Shown here piece by piece: positions 26,525 to 35,578 of a stretch of DNA of 42,006 nucleotides; the first letter of the stretch is position 1, and every line of letters begins with the position of its first letter. The position numbers were made by a program, and so were the translations under genes. The stretch lies in the NCBI GenBank assembly GCA_964623395.1, contig CAZUSI010000002.1, positions 1 to 42,006 of the forward strand. Direction: 5' to 3'. Below the pieces are notes generated by a model that was not told where the DNA came from, did no database searches, and worked only from the letters and a program-made list of their open reading frames with translations. This DNA is from an uncultured bacterium (lineage in GTDB: Bacteria > Hydrothermota > Hydrothermia > Hydrothermales > Hydrothermaceae).

Positions 26525-28647
26525 GATTTGCAAAAGTTCTATTTCCTGATATAAAAGGTCTTTATACTTATATTATTCCACCCTCTTTAAAAATAGAAAA
26601 AGGTGACATTGTTCTCGCTCCTTTAAAAGAAAGAAAAAAATTTGGTGTTGTTTTTGAAATAAAAGAGGAAAAGGATTTTGAAGGGAAAATAAAGGAAATT
26701 GAAGATAAGACAGAATTTTTTTTACCTCCGAATTTAATAGAAGTTGCTTTAAAAACAAAAGAGTTCTATTTTTGTGATATTTCCCAAATTTTAAAATATT
26801 TTATGCCTCCCCTTTCCGAAGTAAAAAGAAGATATTTTTTAAAAAATAGGGATTTTGAAGGCAAAAATGAAAGGGAGAAAAAAATAATTGAAATCCTTAA
26901 AAATGCGAAAAATCCTCTTCTTTCAAGAAGTATAAGAAAAAAAATTAATTTTAATCCAGATTATTATATTAAAAAATTGGTTAAGAAAGATGTAATTGGA
27001 ATTTCCTATTATACAATAAAAAAACCTTCATTAAAACGCTTTGTAATAGAACCTTTTGAAAAAATAGAAATTCCTCAAAGTTTAACTCCTCCACAAAAAA
27101 ATATTTATGATAAAATAATTCAAAATATAGATAAATTTTCTGTTCATTTAATTCATGGAGTAACAGGAAGTGGTAAAACATTTATTTATTTAAAACTTTC
27201 AGAAAAGATTTTAGAAAGAAATAAATCTGTTATATTACTTGTTCCTGAAATATCTTTAATTCCACAGGTTTATTTTCTATTTAATAAATTTTTTAAAGAC
27301 AAAATAATTTTATGGGGAAGTGCCCTTTCAAAACCTGAAAGATTTTATTTTTATAAAGAAGCCCTTCTTAAAAATCCACGAATAGTTATAGGTCCAAGAT
27401 CAGCTGTATTTGCGCCCCTTCAAAATTTAGGAATTATAATAATTGATGAAGAACAGGAAACTTCCTATAAAGAAGATGATAAGTTTCCCTATTATCATGC
27501 AAAAGAAATTGCAATGATAAGAGGTAAAATAGAAAATGTTCCTGTTATTCTTGGAAGCGCAACTCCTGAAACAGAAACTATTTATTTCTCAAAACAAAAT
27601 AAGTATTCTCTTTATGTTTTAAAGGAAAGGATAAAGGGATATAGTTTTCCTGAAATAGAAATTCTTGATTTAAGAGAAGAAAAATTTCCCTTTTTCCTAT
27701 CTGCAAGATTAATTGAAGAAATTGAAAGGAATGTTAAAGAGAAAAAACAGGTAATACTTTTTTTAAATAGAAGGGGGTTTGCCCATTTTATGCAATGCAT
27801 TGATTGTGGATATATTTTCAAATGTAAGAATTGCGATATACCTTATGTTTATCATAAAGATATAAAAAAAATTGTATGTCATTTTTGTTCTTATGAAATA
27901 TTTGCTCCTGATACATGCCCTGTTTGTAAAGGAACTGATGTTAAATATTCGGGATATGGAACAGAAAAAATTGAAGAAGGTTTAAAAGAAATTTTCCCAA
28001 ATTACAAAATTATGAGGATGGATTTAGATACAACAAGAAGGAAAAAGGAAGTTTTTGAAATGTTTAAAAAATTTAAAAATAGAGAAATAGATATTCTTCT
28101 TGGAACACAAATGATAATAAAGGGTTTTGATTTTCCAGATGTATCACTTATTGGTATTTTGTATGCTGATTTAACATTAAATCTTCCTGATTTTAGAGCA
28201 AGGGAAAGAACATTTATCATGCTTAACCAAGTGATAGGAAGAGCAAGAAAAGGCGGAAAAGTAATTTTACAGACAATGGAACCTGAAAATCCTGTTATAA
28301 GATATTTAAATCCAGATGATTATGAAAAATTTTATGAGGAAGAACTTAAAGAAAGGAAACTTTTTTCTTATCCACCCTTTTCACATTTACTTTTAATTGA
28401 AGTTAAAGATAAGGATAAAATTAAGGCAATGGAAAATGCAAAAGAAATAAGCAAAAAGTTAAAGGGGAATTTTGAAATTTTTGGTCCCTCATTTGCCCCA
28501 ATTGAAAAAATAAAAAATTTTTATAGAGTTAGAATGCTTCTTAAATCAAAGGAGAGGGAAAATTTTAAAGAAGTTTTTGAAATTTTAGAAGATTTTAAGA
28601 AAAAATTTTTATTGAGGATTGAATTAAATCCCTATAATTTTTTATAA
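26521..28647 (+). CDS. priA: primosomal protein N' (replication restart helicase)
   Basis: 708 aa. Walker A HGVTGSGKT, DEEQE box, and Cys-rich zinc region CIDCGYIFKCKNCD...CHFCSY...CPVCKG. Confidence 0.93.
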   Translation: MRFAKVLFPDIKGLYTYIIPPSLKIEKGDIVLAPLKERKKFGVVFEIKEEKDFEGKIKEIEDKTEFFLPPNLIEVALKTKEFYFCDISQILKYFMPPLSEVKRRYFLKNRDFEGKNEREKKIIEILKNAKNPLLSRSIRKKINFNPDYYIKKLVKKDVIGISYYTIKKPSLKRFVIEPFEKIEIPQSLTPPQKNIYDKIIQNIDKFSVHLIHGVTGSGKTFIYLKLSEKILERNKSVILLVPEISLIPQVYFLFNKFFKDKIILWGSALSKPERFYFYKEALLKNPRIVIGPRSAVFAPLQNLGIIIIDEEQETSYKEDDKFPYYHAKEIAMIRGKIENVPVILGSATPETETIYFSKQNKYSLYVLKERIKGYSFPEIEILDLREEKFPFFLSARLIEEIERNVKEKKQVILFLNRRGFAHFMQCIDCGYIFKCKNCDIPYVYHKDIKKIVCHFCSYEIFAPDTCPVCKGTDVKYSGYGTEKIEEGLKEIFPNYKIMRMDLDTTRRKKEVFEMFKKFKNREIDILLGTQMIIKGFDFPDVSLIGILYADLTLNLPDFRARERTFIMLNQVIGRARKGGKVILQTMEPENPVIRYLNPDDYEKFYEEELKERKLFSYPPFSHLLLIEVKDKDKIKAMENAKEISKKLKGNFEIFGPSFAPIEKIKNFYRVRMLLKSKERENFKEVFEILEDFKKKFLLRIELNPYNFL

Positions 28648-28648
28648 T
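28619..28648 (+). promoter_or_regulatory. putative internal promoter inside the priA 3' end (leaderless start at 28655)
   Basis: TTGAAT (28619-28624), 18-nt spacer, TATAAT (28643-28648), then exactly 6 nt to the ATG at 28655. Confidence 0.4.
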
Positions 28649-28654
28649 TTAATT

Positions 28655-29287
28655 ATGTTTTTTTATTTTTTTATAATTTTTCAAATAAATGTTGATTCAA
28701 TAGTAAAAAATTGTGAAAGAAAATGGAAAAGTATAAATACTTATATTTGTGTTTATGAGAGTTATCAAAAAAAGGGAAAAGAAGAAGATAAAAGAAAATA
28801 TTTTGTTGAATTTAAAAAACCCTTATGGATAAGGTTAAAGGTTTTAGAAGGTAAAGATAAAGAAAGTGAAGTTTTATACAATCCAGAAAAAAATATTGTT
28901 AGGGGAAGGAAAGGTGGAATTTTAAAGGGTATTGTTCTTACATTAAATCCTGATGATAAGAAAGTAACATCTATAAGAGGATATAAGATTTACAATGCAG
29001 GAATAGGGGAAATATATAGAAGGATTTTTGAATACTATAAAAGGGGTTATGATTTTAAATTTATTGGAGAGTTTAAGGAGAAAAATTTTGAGGGATGGAA
29101 AATTGAATTTGAAGTTAAAGAACCTGAAAAATTTTTTGGATGTAAAAAAGAAGTTTTTTGGATAAGAAAAGATTTTATTCCTTATAAATGCGAACAATGG
29201 GATGAGAATGGTGAATATGTTCTTTATTCAGTATTTTTAGAAGTGAAATTAAATGTTCAAATAGATGAGGAAAGATTTAAATTATGA
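28655..29287 (+). CDS. hypothetical protein (possibly LolA-fold / DUF1571-like)
   Basis: 210-aa ORF with a short hydrophobic N-terminus. The pattern YFVEFKKPLWIRLKVLEGKDKESEVLYNPEKNIVRGRKGG is reminiscent of DUF1571/LolA-like lipoprotein-sorting folds. This is a weak, memory-based call. Confidence 0.5.
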   Translation: MFFYFFIIFQINVDSIVKNCERKWKSINTYICVYESYQKKGKEEDKRKYFVEFKKPLWIRLKVLEGKDKESEVLYNPEKNIVRGRKGGILKGIVLTLNPDDKKVTSIRGYKIYNAGIGEIYRRIFEYYKRGYDFKFIGEFKEKNFEGWKIEFEVKEPEKFFGCKKEVFWIRKDFIPYKCEQWDENGEYVLYSVFLEVKLNVQIDEERFKL

Positions 29288-30303
29288 AGGTTCTCGTTGG
29301 TCTTTCAGGAGGAGTTGATTCTTCTGTAAGTGCTCTTTTATTAAAGGAAATGGGTTACGAAGTTATAGGTGCTACACTTTATATGTGGGATGAAACAAAA
29401 AATATAAGGTCCTGCTGTTCCTTGGAAGCAATAAATTTGGCAAGAAGAATTGCCTTTAAATTAAAAATACCCTATTATACTTATGATATAAGGGAAGATT
29501 TTAAAGAAAAAATAGTTAATTATTTTGTAAAAAGTTATTCAATTGGTAAAACTCCAAATCCCTGTGTTTTATGTAACAAATTTTTTAAATTTGGATTTCT
29601 TTTTGAAAAAGCAAAAGAATTGGGTTGCTCTTATGTAGCAACAGGTCATTATTCAAGGATAGAAAATGGACTTATTAAGGTCTCAGAGGATAGGGAAAGA
29701 GACCAATCCTATTTTCTTACTTTTGTTGAAAAAGAAAAAATAAAAAATTTAATTTTCCCCTTAGGTAATTTAAAAAAGGAAGAAGTAAGAGAAATTGCAA
29801 AAAAACATGGTTTACCTTCAGTTTATCGTTCTGACTCACAGGATTTATGTTTTGTTGATGGTGATTATAGAGAATTTTTAAAAAAATATTTGCCAGAAAA
29901 AAAGGGTTATATTGTTTTAGAAAATGGTGAAATTGTTGGTGAACATAAAGGTTTTTATAATTTTACAATAGGACAAAGAAAAGGATTAAGAATTTCTAAG
30001 GGTAAAAGGTTGTATGTAAAAGAATTTATCCCTGAAGAAAATATTGTGATTGTTGCTGAAAGAGAAAAGGTTTATAAGGATGAGATTGAAGTTTTTGATA
30101 TAAACTGGCATTTAGAGGCAGAAAGAGAATTTGAAGCATTTGTAAAAATAAGACAACTTTCTAAACCTGCAAGGGCAAAAGTAATTCTTTATGATAATTT
30201 TGCAAAAGTTTTATTTTATGAAAAACAATTTGCTCCAACACCAGGACAAGTTGCTGCCTTTTATAAAGACGATTATCTTTTAGGTGGTGGATGGATAAAA
30301 TAA
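29284..30303 (+). CDS. mnmA: tRNA 2-thiouridine(34) synthase
   Basis: 339 aa. PP-loop VGLSGGVDSSVSALLL, catalytic Cys region NPCVLCNKFFKF, DQSYFL. Confidence 0.93.
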   Translation: MKVLVGLSGGVDSSVSALLLKEMGYEVIGATLYMWDETKNIRSCCSLEAINLARRIAFKLKIPYYTYDIREDFKEKIVNYFVKSYSIGKTPNPCVLCNKFFKFGFLFEKAKELGCSYVATGHYSRIENGLIKVSEDRERDQSYFLTFVEKEKIKNLIFPLGNLKKEEVREIAKKHGLPSVYRSDSQDLCFVDGDYREFLKKYLPEKKGYIVLENGEIVGEHKGFYNFTIGQRKGLRISKGKRLYVKEFIPEENIVIVAEREKVYKDEIEVFDINWHLEAEREFEAFVKIRQLSKPARAKVILYDNFAKVLFYEKQFAPTPGQVAAFYKDDYLLGGGWIK

Positions 30304-31841
30304 TAATTATAGATTTTGGTTCCCAATATACAAAATTAATTGCAAGAAGGATAAGGGAGGAAAATGTTTTTTCAGAAATCGTTTCCCCTTATGAAAATTA
30401 TATGGATATTATAAAAAAAGATGAAGTTAAAGGAATAATCCTTTCTGGTGGTCCTAAATCTGTTTATGAAAAGGATTCCCCAAAAATAAAAAAGGAAATT
30501 TTTGAAATGAATAAGGGGATTCTTGGAATATGCTATGGATTACAAGTTTTATCTTATATTTTAGGTGGAAAAGTAAGACCTTCTTCTAAAAGGGAATATG
30601 GTTTTGCAAATTTTAGAATTGTAAGGGAAAGCCCCCTTTTTTATGGAATAAATAAAAATTATTTTAGGGTATGGGCAAGTCATGGTGATGAAGTTCTTGA
30701 AATTCCGGATGGATTTATAAAAACAGGTGAAACAGATTTCTGCTTTTATGCAAGTATTGAAAATCCCAAAAATAAAATATATGGAATTCAATTTCATCCA
30801 GAAGTTTTCCATACAGAGTTTGGAAAAGAAATAATAAGAAATTTCATTTTTAATATATGTAATGCAAAAAAGGGATGGTTTCTTGAAGATTTCTTTAAAA
30901 AAGTTCAAGAGGATTTAAAAAAATATAAGGATAAGCCTTGTTTTTTAGCACTTTCAGGTGGTGTTGATTCAAGCACATTGGCATTTCTTTTAAATCCAAT
31001 TTTTAAAGAGAGATTATATTTAATTTTTGTAGACACAGGACTTTTAAGAAAGGGAGAAAGGGAAAGAGTTAAAAATTTATTTAAAGATTTTAAAAATTTA
31101 AAAATTGTTAAAGCAGAAAAGGAATTTTTAAAAAGTTTAAAGGGTATAAAAGAACCTGAAAAGAAGCGCAAAATTATCGGGAAATTATTTTTAAAAATTT
31201 TTAAAAATGAAATTTTAAAGATATTAAAGGTAAAAAAAATAAAAAGAAATACTGTTTGTCTTGCACAGGGAACACTCTATCCTGATGTTATAGAATCGCG
31301 TTCATTTATTGGACCCTCTTCAAAAATAAAAACTCATCATAATGTTGGTGGTTTACCAAAAAAACATCCTTTTATCTTAATAGAACCCTTTAAAGAACTA
31401 TTTAAAGATGAAGTAAGAGAAATAGCAAAGAAACTTTCTTTACCACATGATTTAATAGAAATGCATCCATTTCCAGGACCTGGTCTTGCTGTAAGAATTG
31501 TTGGGGAAGTTGATAAAAAGAAAATAAGAATACTTCAAAGAGCTGATGAAATACTTGAAGAGGAATTAAAAAGAGAAGGTATATATAATAAGGTTTGGCA
31601 GGCTTTTTGTGTATTTTTACCTGTAAAATCTGTTGGTGTTATGGGTGATAAAAGAACTTATGAGAATGTTATAGTTTTAAGAATTGTTGAATCCTCTGAT
31701 GCAATGACAGCAGATTTTTCCAAAATCCCTTACGAGATTTTAGATAGAATTGCAAGAAGAATAATAGGGGAGATAAAGGGAATAAATAGGGTTTTATATG
31801 ATATAACATCAAAACCACCTGCAACCATAGAATGGGAATAA
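30291..31841 (+). CDS. guaA: GMP synthase (glutamine-hydrolysing)
   Basis: 516 aa. GATase motifs GICYGLQ and QFHPE, PP-loop LALSGGVDSSTLAFLL, and C-terminal PPATIEWE. Confidence 0.96.
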   Translation: MDKIIIIDFGSQYTKLIARRIREENVFSEIVSPYENYMDIIKKDEVKGIILSGGPKSVYEKDSPKIKKEIFEMNKGILGICYGLQVLSYILGGKVRPSSKREYGFANFRIVRESPLFYGINKNYFRVWASHGDEVLEIPDGFIKTGETDFCFYASIENPKNKIYGIQFHPEVFHTEFGKEIIRNFIFNICNAKKGWFLEDFFKKVQEDLKKYKDKPCFLALSGGVDSSTLAFLLNPIFKERLYLIFVDTGLLRKGERERVKNLFKDFKNLKIVKAEKEFLKSLKGIKEPEKKRKIIGKLFLKIFKNEILKILKVKKIKRNTVCLAQGTLYPDVIESRSFIGPSSKIKTHHNVGGLPKKHPFILIEPFKELFKDEVREIAKKLSLPHDLIEMHPFPGPGLAVRIVGEVDKKKIRILQRADEILEEELKREGIYNKVWQAFCVFLPVKSVGVMGDKRTYENVIVLRIVESSDAMTADFSKIPYEILDRIARRIIGEIKGINRVLYDITSKPPATIEWE

Positions 31842-32989
31842 TAAAATTTATTTACAATTTTTTTTTATCTTTAATCCCCCTTCCTTCTGAAAGAAAAATA
31901 AAGGAAATTCCCTTTGAAAATTATTTATATTTTCACGCTTCATCAATTGGAGAAGTTATGAGTTTAAAGGGGCTTATTGATTATTTTTGTAAGGATTATT
32001 TATGTGTTTTAACAACATTTACAAAAGCAGGGAAAAAAAGAGCAGAAAACATTTTTAAAGAAAAAATAAAGATTTTTTATTTCCCTTTTGATAAAAAAAA
32101 GGAGATTGAGAAAATAGTTAAAAAGGCAAAAGCTATTATAATTGCTGAGTGCGAGCTTTGGCCAAATTTAATTGAATCTGCATTAAAAAATAAGAAAAAA
32201 ATTTTTTTAGTAAATGGGAAAATTTCAAAAAGGAGTTTTTTCTTTTACAATTTCATTTTTAAAGAGATAAAAAAATTTTTAAGAAATTTTGAAATTATAT
32301 TTTTGCAAGAAAAAAAATATGAAATTTTTTTTAAAAAACTGGGTGTTCCATCTAATAAAATTTTTGTTTTAAGAAATTTGAAATATGATGCCCTCGAAGA
32401 TGTGAAAGAGATATGGGAAAAAAATGGTTTTACAATAACTTTTGGTAGTATAAGAAGCAATGAGATTGATATTGTTATAAATGTGATTCAAAAAATTTTA
32501 AATAAGAGGGAAGATTTAAAAATTGTCATTTGCCCAAGACATCTTATAAATACAAAAATTATTGAATTTAAATTGAAGGAAAAGGGTATTGAGTATGAAA
32601 GAAGAAGTAAGTCTTATTTTCCAACAAAAAAAGTTTTCATCCTTGATACACTTGGTGAACTTTTAAATGTTTGGAAAATAAGCGATATTGGAATTGTTGG
32701 CGGAACCTTTGGAAAACATGGAGGGCATAATCTTGCAGAACCTGCTTTTTTTGGAATACCTGTTATTTTTGGAGAAAGCATTCAAAATGTTAAAGAGGTT
32801 GGAAATATTCTTTTAAAAAATGGTGGTGGTTTTAAAGTAAAGGATGAAAAAGAACTTGAAGATATTTTAAATAAACTTATTTCAGATGATGAATTTAGAA
32901 AAAAAATAGGAGAGAATGCAAAAAAGGGGATAGAAATTTTAAGGGGTTCTTCAAAAATAATATATGAAAGAATAAAGGAAATTTTATGA
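31832..32989 (+). CDS. waaA: 3-deoxy-D-manno-octulosonic acid (Kdo) transferase
   Basis: 385 aa with motifs FHASSIGEV and GGTFGKHGGHNLAEPAFFGIPVIFG. Confidence 0.85.
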   Translation: MGIIKFIYNFFLSLIPLPSERKIKEIPFENYLYFHASSIGEVMSLKGLIDYFCKDYLCVLTTFTKAGKKRAENIFKEKIKIFYFPFDKKKEIEKIVKKAKAIIIAECELWPNLIESALKNKKKIFLVNGKISKRSFFFYNFIFKEIKKFLRNFEIIFLQEKKYEIFFKKLGVPSNKIFVLRNLKYDALEDVKEIWEKNGFTITFGSIRSNEIDIVINVIQKILNKREDLKIVICPRHLINTKIIEFKLKEKGIEYERRSKSYFPTKKVFILDTLGELLNVWKISDIGIVGGTFGKHGGHNLAEPAFFGIPVIFGESIQNVKEVGNILLKNGGGFKVKDEKELEDILNKLISDDEFRKKIGENAKKGIEILRGSSKIIYERIKEIL

Positions 32990-33672
32990 AAAAGGGTTAT
33001 TTTTTAGATACAGGGATTTCCCCTTATGAAAAAATATGGGAATTGCAAAAAAAATTACATTTAAAAAGGGTTTTTAATGAAATACCTGATACTCTAATAT
33101 TTACAGAACATTTTCATGTTTATACAATTGGAAAAAGAGGAAAGGAGGAAAATTTTAAAGTTAGTAAAGAATTTTTAAATAAATTGGGAATAAAGATTTT
33201 TAGAGTTGAAAGGGGAGGAGATGTAACATATCATGGACCAGGACAAATTGTTGGTTATCCAATATTCTATATAAAAGAAAAAATTGCAGGAATTAAAAAA
33301 TTTATAAATAAAATTGAGGATGCAATAATAATGACACTAAAAGAATATGATATTAAAGGTGAAAAAAAGGAAAATATGATAGGTGTATGGGCTTTTGATA
33401 AAAAGATATGTTCAATTGGAGTTGCTGTTAAAAATTTTGTTTCCTTCCATGGTTTTGCTTTAAATGTTAATACTGACTTAAAATATTTTGATTACATATT
33501 TCCCTGTGGAATGGATAAAGAAATTACATCAATGGAAAAATTAACTTGTAAAAAAATAAATATTCAAGAAGTTAAAGAAAAATTAAAAAAATCCTTTGAA
33601 AATATCTTTGAAATTGAATTTGAAAATTTAAATTATGATTTCCTTTTAAAGATTGGTTCAATTACAAAATAA
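32986..33672 (+). CDS. lipB: lipoyl(octanoyl) transferase
   Basis: 228 aa with motif RGGDVTYHGPGQIVGYP and KICSIGV (catalytic Cys region). Confidence 0.9.
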   Translation: MKKGYFLDTGISPYEKIWELQKKLHLKRVFNEIPDTLIFTEHFHVYTIGKRGKEENFKVSKEFLNKLGIKIFRVERGGDVTYHGPGQIVGYPIFYIKEKIAGIKKFINKIEDAIIMTLKEYDIKGEKKENMIGVWAFDKKICSIGVAVKNFVSFHGFALNVNTDLKYFDYIFPCGMDKEITSMEKLTCKKINIQEVKEKLKKSFENIFEIEFENLNYDFLLKIGSITK

Positions 33673-33712
33673 AGTAAAAATAAGAATAAAAAAATGCCTG
33701 ATAAAAAGCCAA

Positions 33713-35578
33713 TCATTTTTTAAAAATTAAAATTATCCCACCAAAAATTATAAAAATTATTCCATACCATACAAGATTTATAAGGGGATTGAAATGAAGT
33801 TCAAAATAACCTTTTTCTTTATCCCATCCCTTTAAAATTAAATAAAGGTCACCTTCTAAAATAGGAAGTATATCAACTTCAGATATTGGTTCTTCATAAT
33901 TTTTATAAAATCTGATTTCTGGTTTTAAAATTCCTAAAAATTTATTTTTTTCATAAACATCTATTTTTGCAACTGCATAATCATATTGGGGATTTGAAGA
34001 AAAATCAATTCCCTTATAATTTAAAACAAATTTTTCCAATTTTATTTCTTCATTTTTAGAAATTTCCAAATCCTTTTTTATCTTATAAGAATTTGAGATG
34101 CTTATTCCAATACCTGTTATTATAATTCCGAGATGTATAAAGTTTGGAGAATATTTTAATAAAATTTTACTTTTAATTTTTATATCCTTAAAAATATTTA
34201 TTAAAAAAGAATATAAAAAGAAAAAAGAAATTGAACAAATAAGAATTGGATAAAATTTTTTTACACCTAAAAAGATTAAAATAAAAGATGTTATTGTTGT
34301 TAAAAAAAGTGGAAAATAAATTTTTTTAAAAAAATTCTTTAATTTGAACTCCTTTCTTTTTAAATTTTGACATATTGCCATTATAAATAAAATTAAAGTA
34401 AAAAAGGGAGCTGTTGCATTACTATAAAAAGAAGGGCTCAAGCTTATTTTCTTTAAAATTAAAGCTTCTGAAATTATTGGGAAAAATGTTCCTATAAAAA
34501 TTATTAAAGTTATTAAAAATAAAATAAGAGAGAGAAGATAAAGGTTTCCTTCAATACTCATTATACTTTCTATTTTCTTTTCTCCTTTCAAAAATTTATA
34601 ATTTTTTATAAAAAGATAAAGAAAAAATAAGATGATGATGATTAAGAAAAAAATAAATGGGGGACTTATCTTTGATTGTGAAAAAGCATGAACAGAAGAG
34701 ATTATTCCACTTCTTGTTAAATATGTCCCAATAATTGTTAAAATAAAGGTTAAAAATATTAAAAAAATGTTCCATCTTTTTAAAATATTTTCTCTTTTTG
34801 AAATTATGCTTGTATGTAAAAAGGCACTTCCTGTAAGCCATGGTAAAAGAGAGGCATTTTCAACAGGGTCCCATGCCCAATATCCTCCCCATCCAAGTTC
34901 AACATATGCCCATCTTCCGCCCGTCAATATTCCAATTGAAAGCAAAAGCCATGAAAAAAGGCCCCATCTCCTTATTATATTTTCAGGAAAATTTTCTTTT
35001 AAAAATAAATAAGAAATTGTATAAATAAATGGAATTGTAAAACCTATATAACCAAAATATAAAAAAGGAGGATGTAAAAGCATCCAGAAATTTTGAAGTA
35101 ATGGATTAAGCCCCTGTCCATCAGAAATTTTGAAAGGTAATTTTTTAAAGGGATTTGCAAAAAATATTATTAATGTTAAAAAGAAGATAAAAATGAAATT
35201 TAGAAAAAAATAAGAAAAATGGTCAATTTTTTCATCCTTATTTTTATAAAACAAAAATAAGGTATATATTCCAAGAATTAAAATCCAAAATAGAAGGGAA
35301 CCTTCCATTCCTGCCCAAAAACTTGAAAAAGTATAAACTAAATTTAAAGTATTGTTTACATAATTTGCCACATATTCTGTTTCATAATCTTTTGTAAGAA
35401 GTAAATAGATTAAAGAAATTGAAGAAATAATTATTAAAAAGATTGATGATATTAAAGACCTTTTAAAAGCTTTCAAATATCTTTCATCTTTTTTATAAAA
35501 ACCATAAATGTAAAATAATATACTTAAAATTGAAAATAAAAAGGAAAAAATTAAAGAGGAAAAACCAAGTTCTCTCAT
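33713..35578 (-). CDS. ccmF: heme lyase CcmF/NrfE family protein (cytochrome c maturation)
   Basis: 621 aa, polytopic. WWD-type motif WGGYWAWDPVENASLLPWL. The C-terminal soluble segment plus final TM is typical of CcmF_C. Confidence 0.85.
   Translation of the reverse strand: MRELGFSSLIFSFLFSILSILFYIYGFYKKDERYLKAFKRSLISSIFLIIISSISLIYLLLTKDYETEYVANYVNNTLNLVYTFSSFWAGMEGSLLFWILILGIYTLFLFYKNKDEKIDHFSYFFLNFIFIFFLTLIIFFANPFKKLPFKISDGQGLNPLLQNFWMLLHPPFLYFGYIGFTIPFIYTISYLFLKENFPENIIRRWGLFSWLLLSIGILTGGRWAYVELGWGGYWAWDPVENASLLPWLTGSAFLHTSIISKRENILKRWNIFLIFLTFILTIIGTYLTRSGIISSVHAFSQSKISPPFIFFLIIIILFFLYLFIKNYKFLKGEKKIESIMSIEGNLYLLSLILFLITLIIFIGTFFPIISEALILKKISLSPSFYSNATAPFFTLILFIMAICQNLKRKEFKLKNFFKKIYFPLFLTTITSFILIFLGVKKFYPILICSISFFFLYSFLINIFKDIKIKSKILLKYSPNFIHLGIIITGIGISISNSYKIKKDLEISKNEEIKLEKFVLNYKGIDFSSNPQYDYAVAKIDVYEKNKFLGILKPEIRFYKNYEEPISEVDILPILEGDLYLILKGWDKEKGYFELHFNPLINLVWYGIIFIIFGGIILIFKK

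Noticed and set aside
33673-33712. The 40-nt convergent gap between lipB and ccmF, as a bidirectional intrinsic terminator.
   Set aside because: I could not form a stable stem. GCCTGATAAAAAGCC does not pair, because GCCT and AGCC are not complementary. The A/T runs alone are not evidence in DNA this AT-rich.
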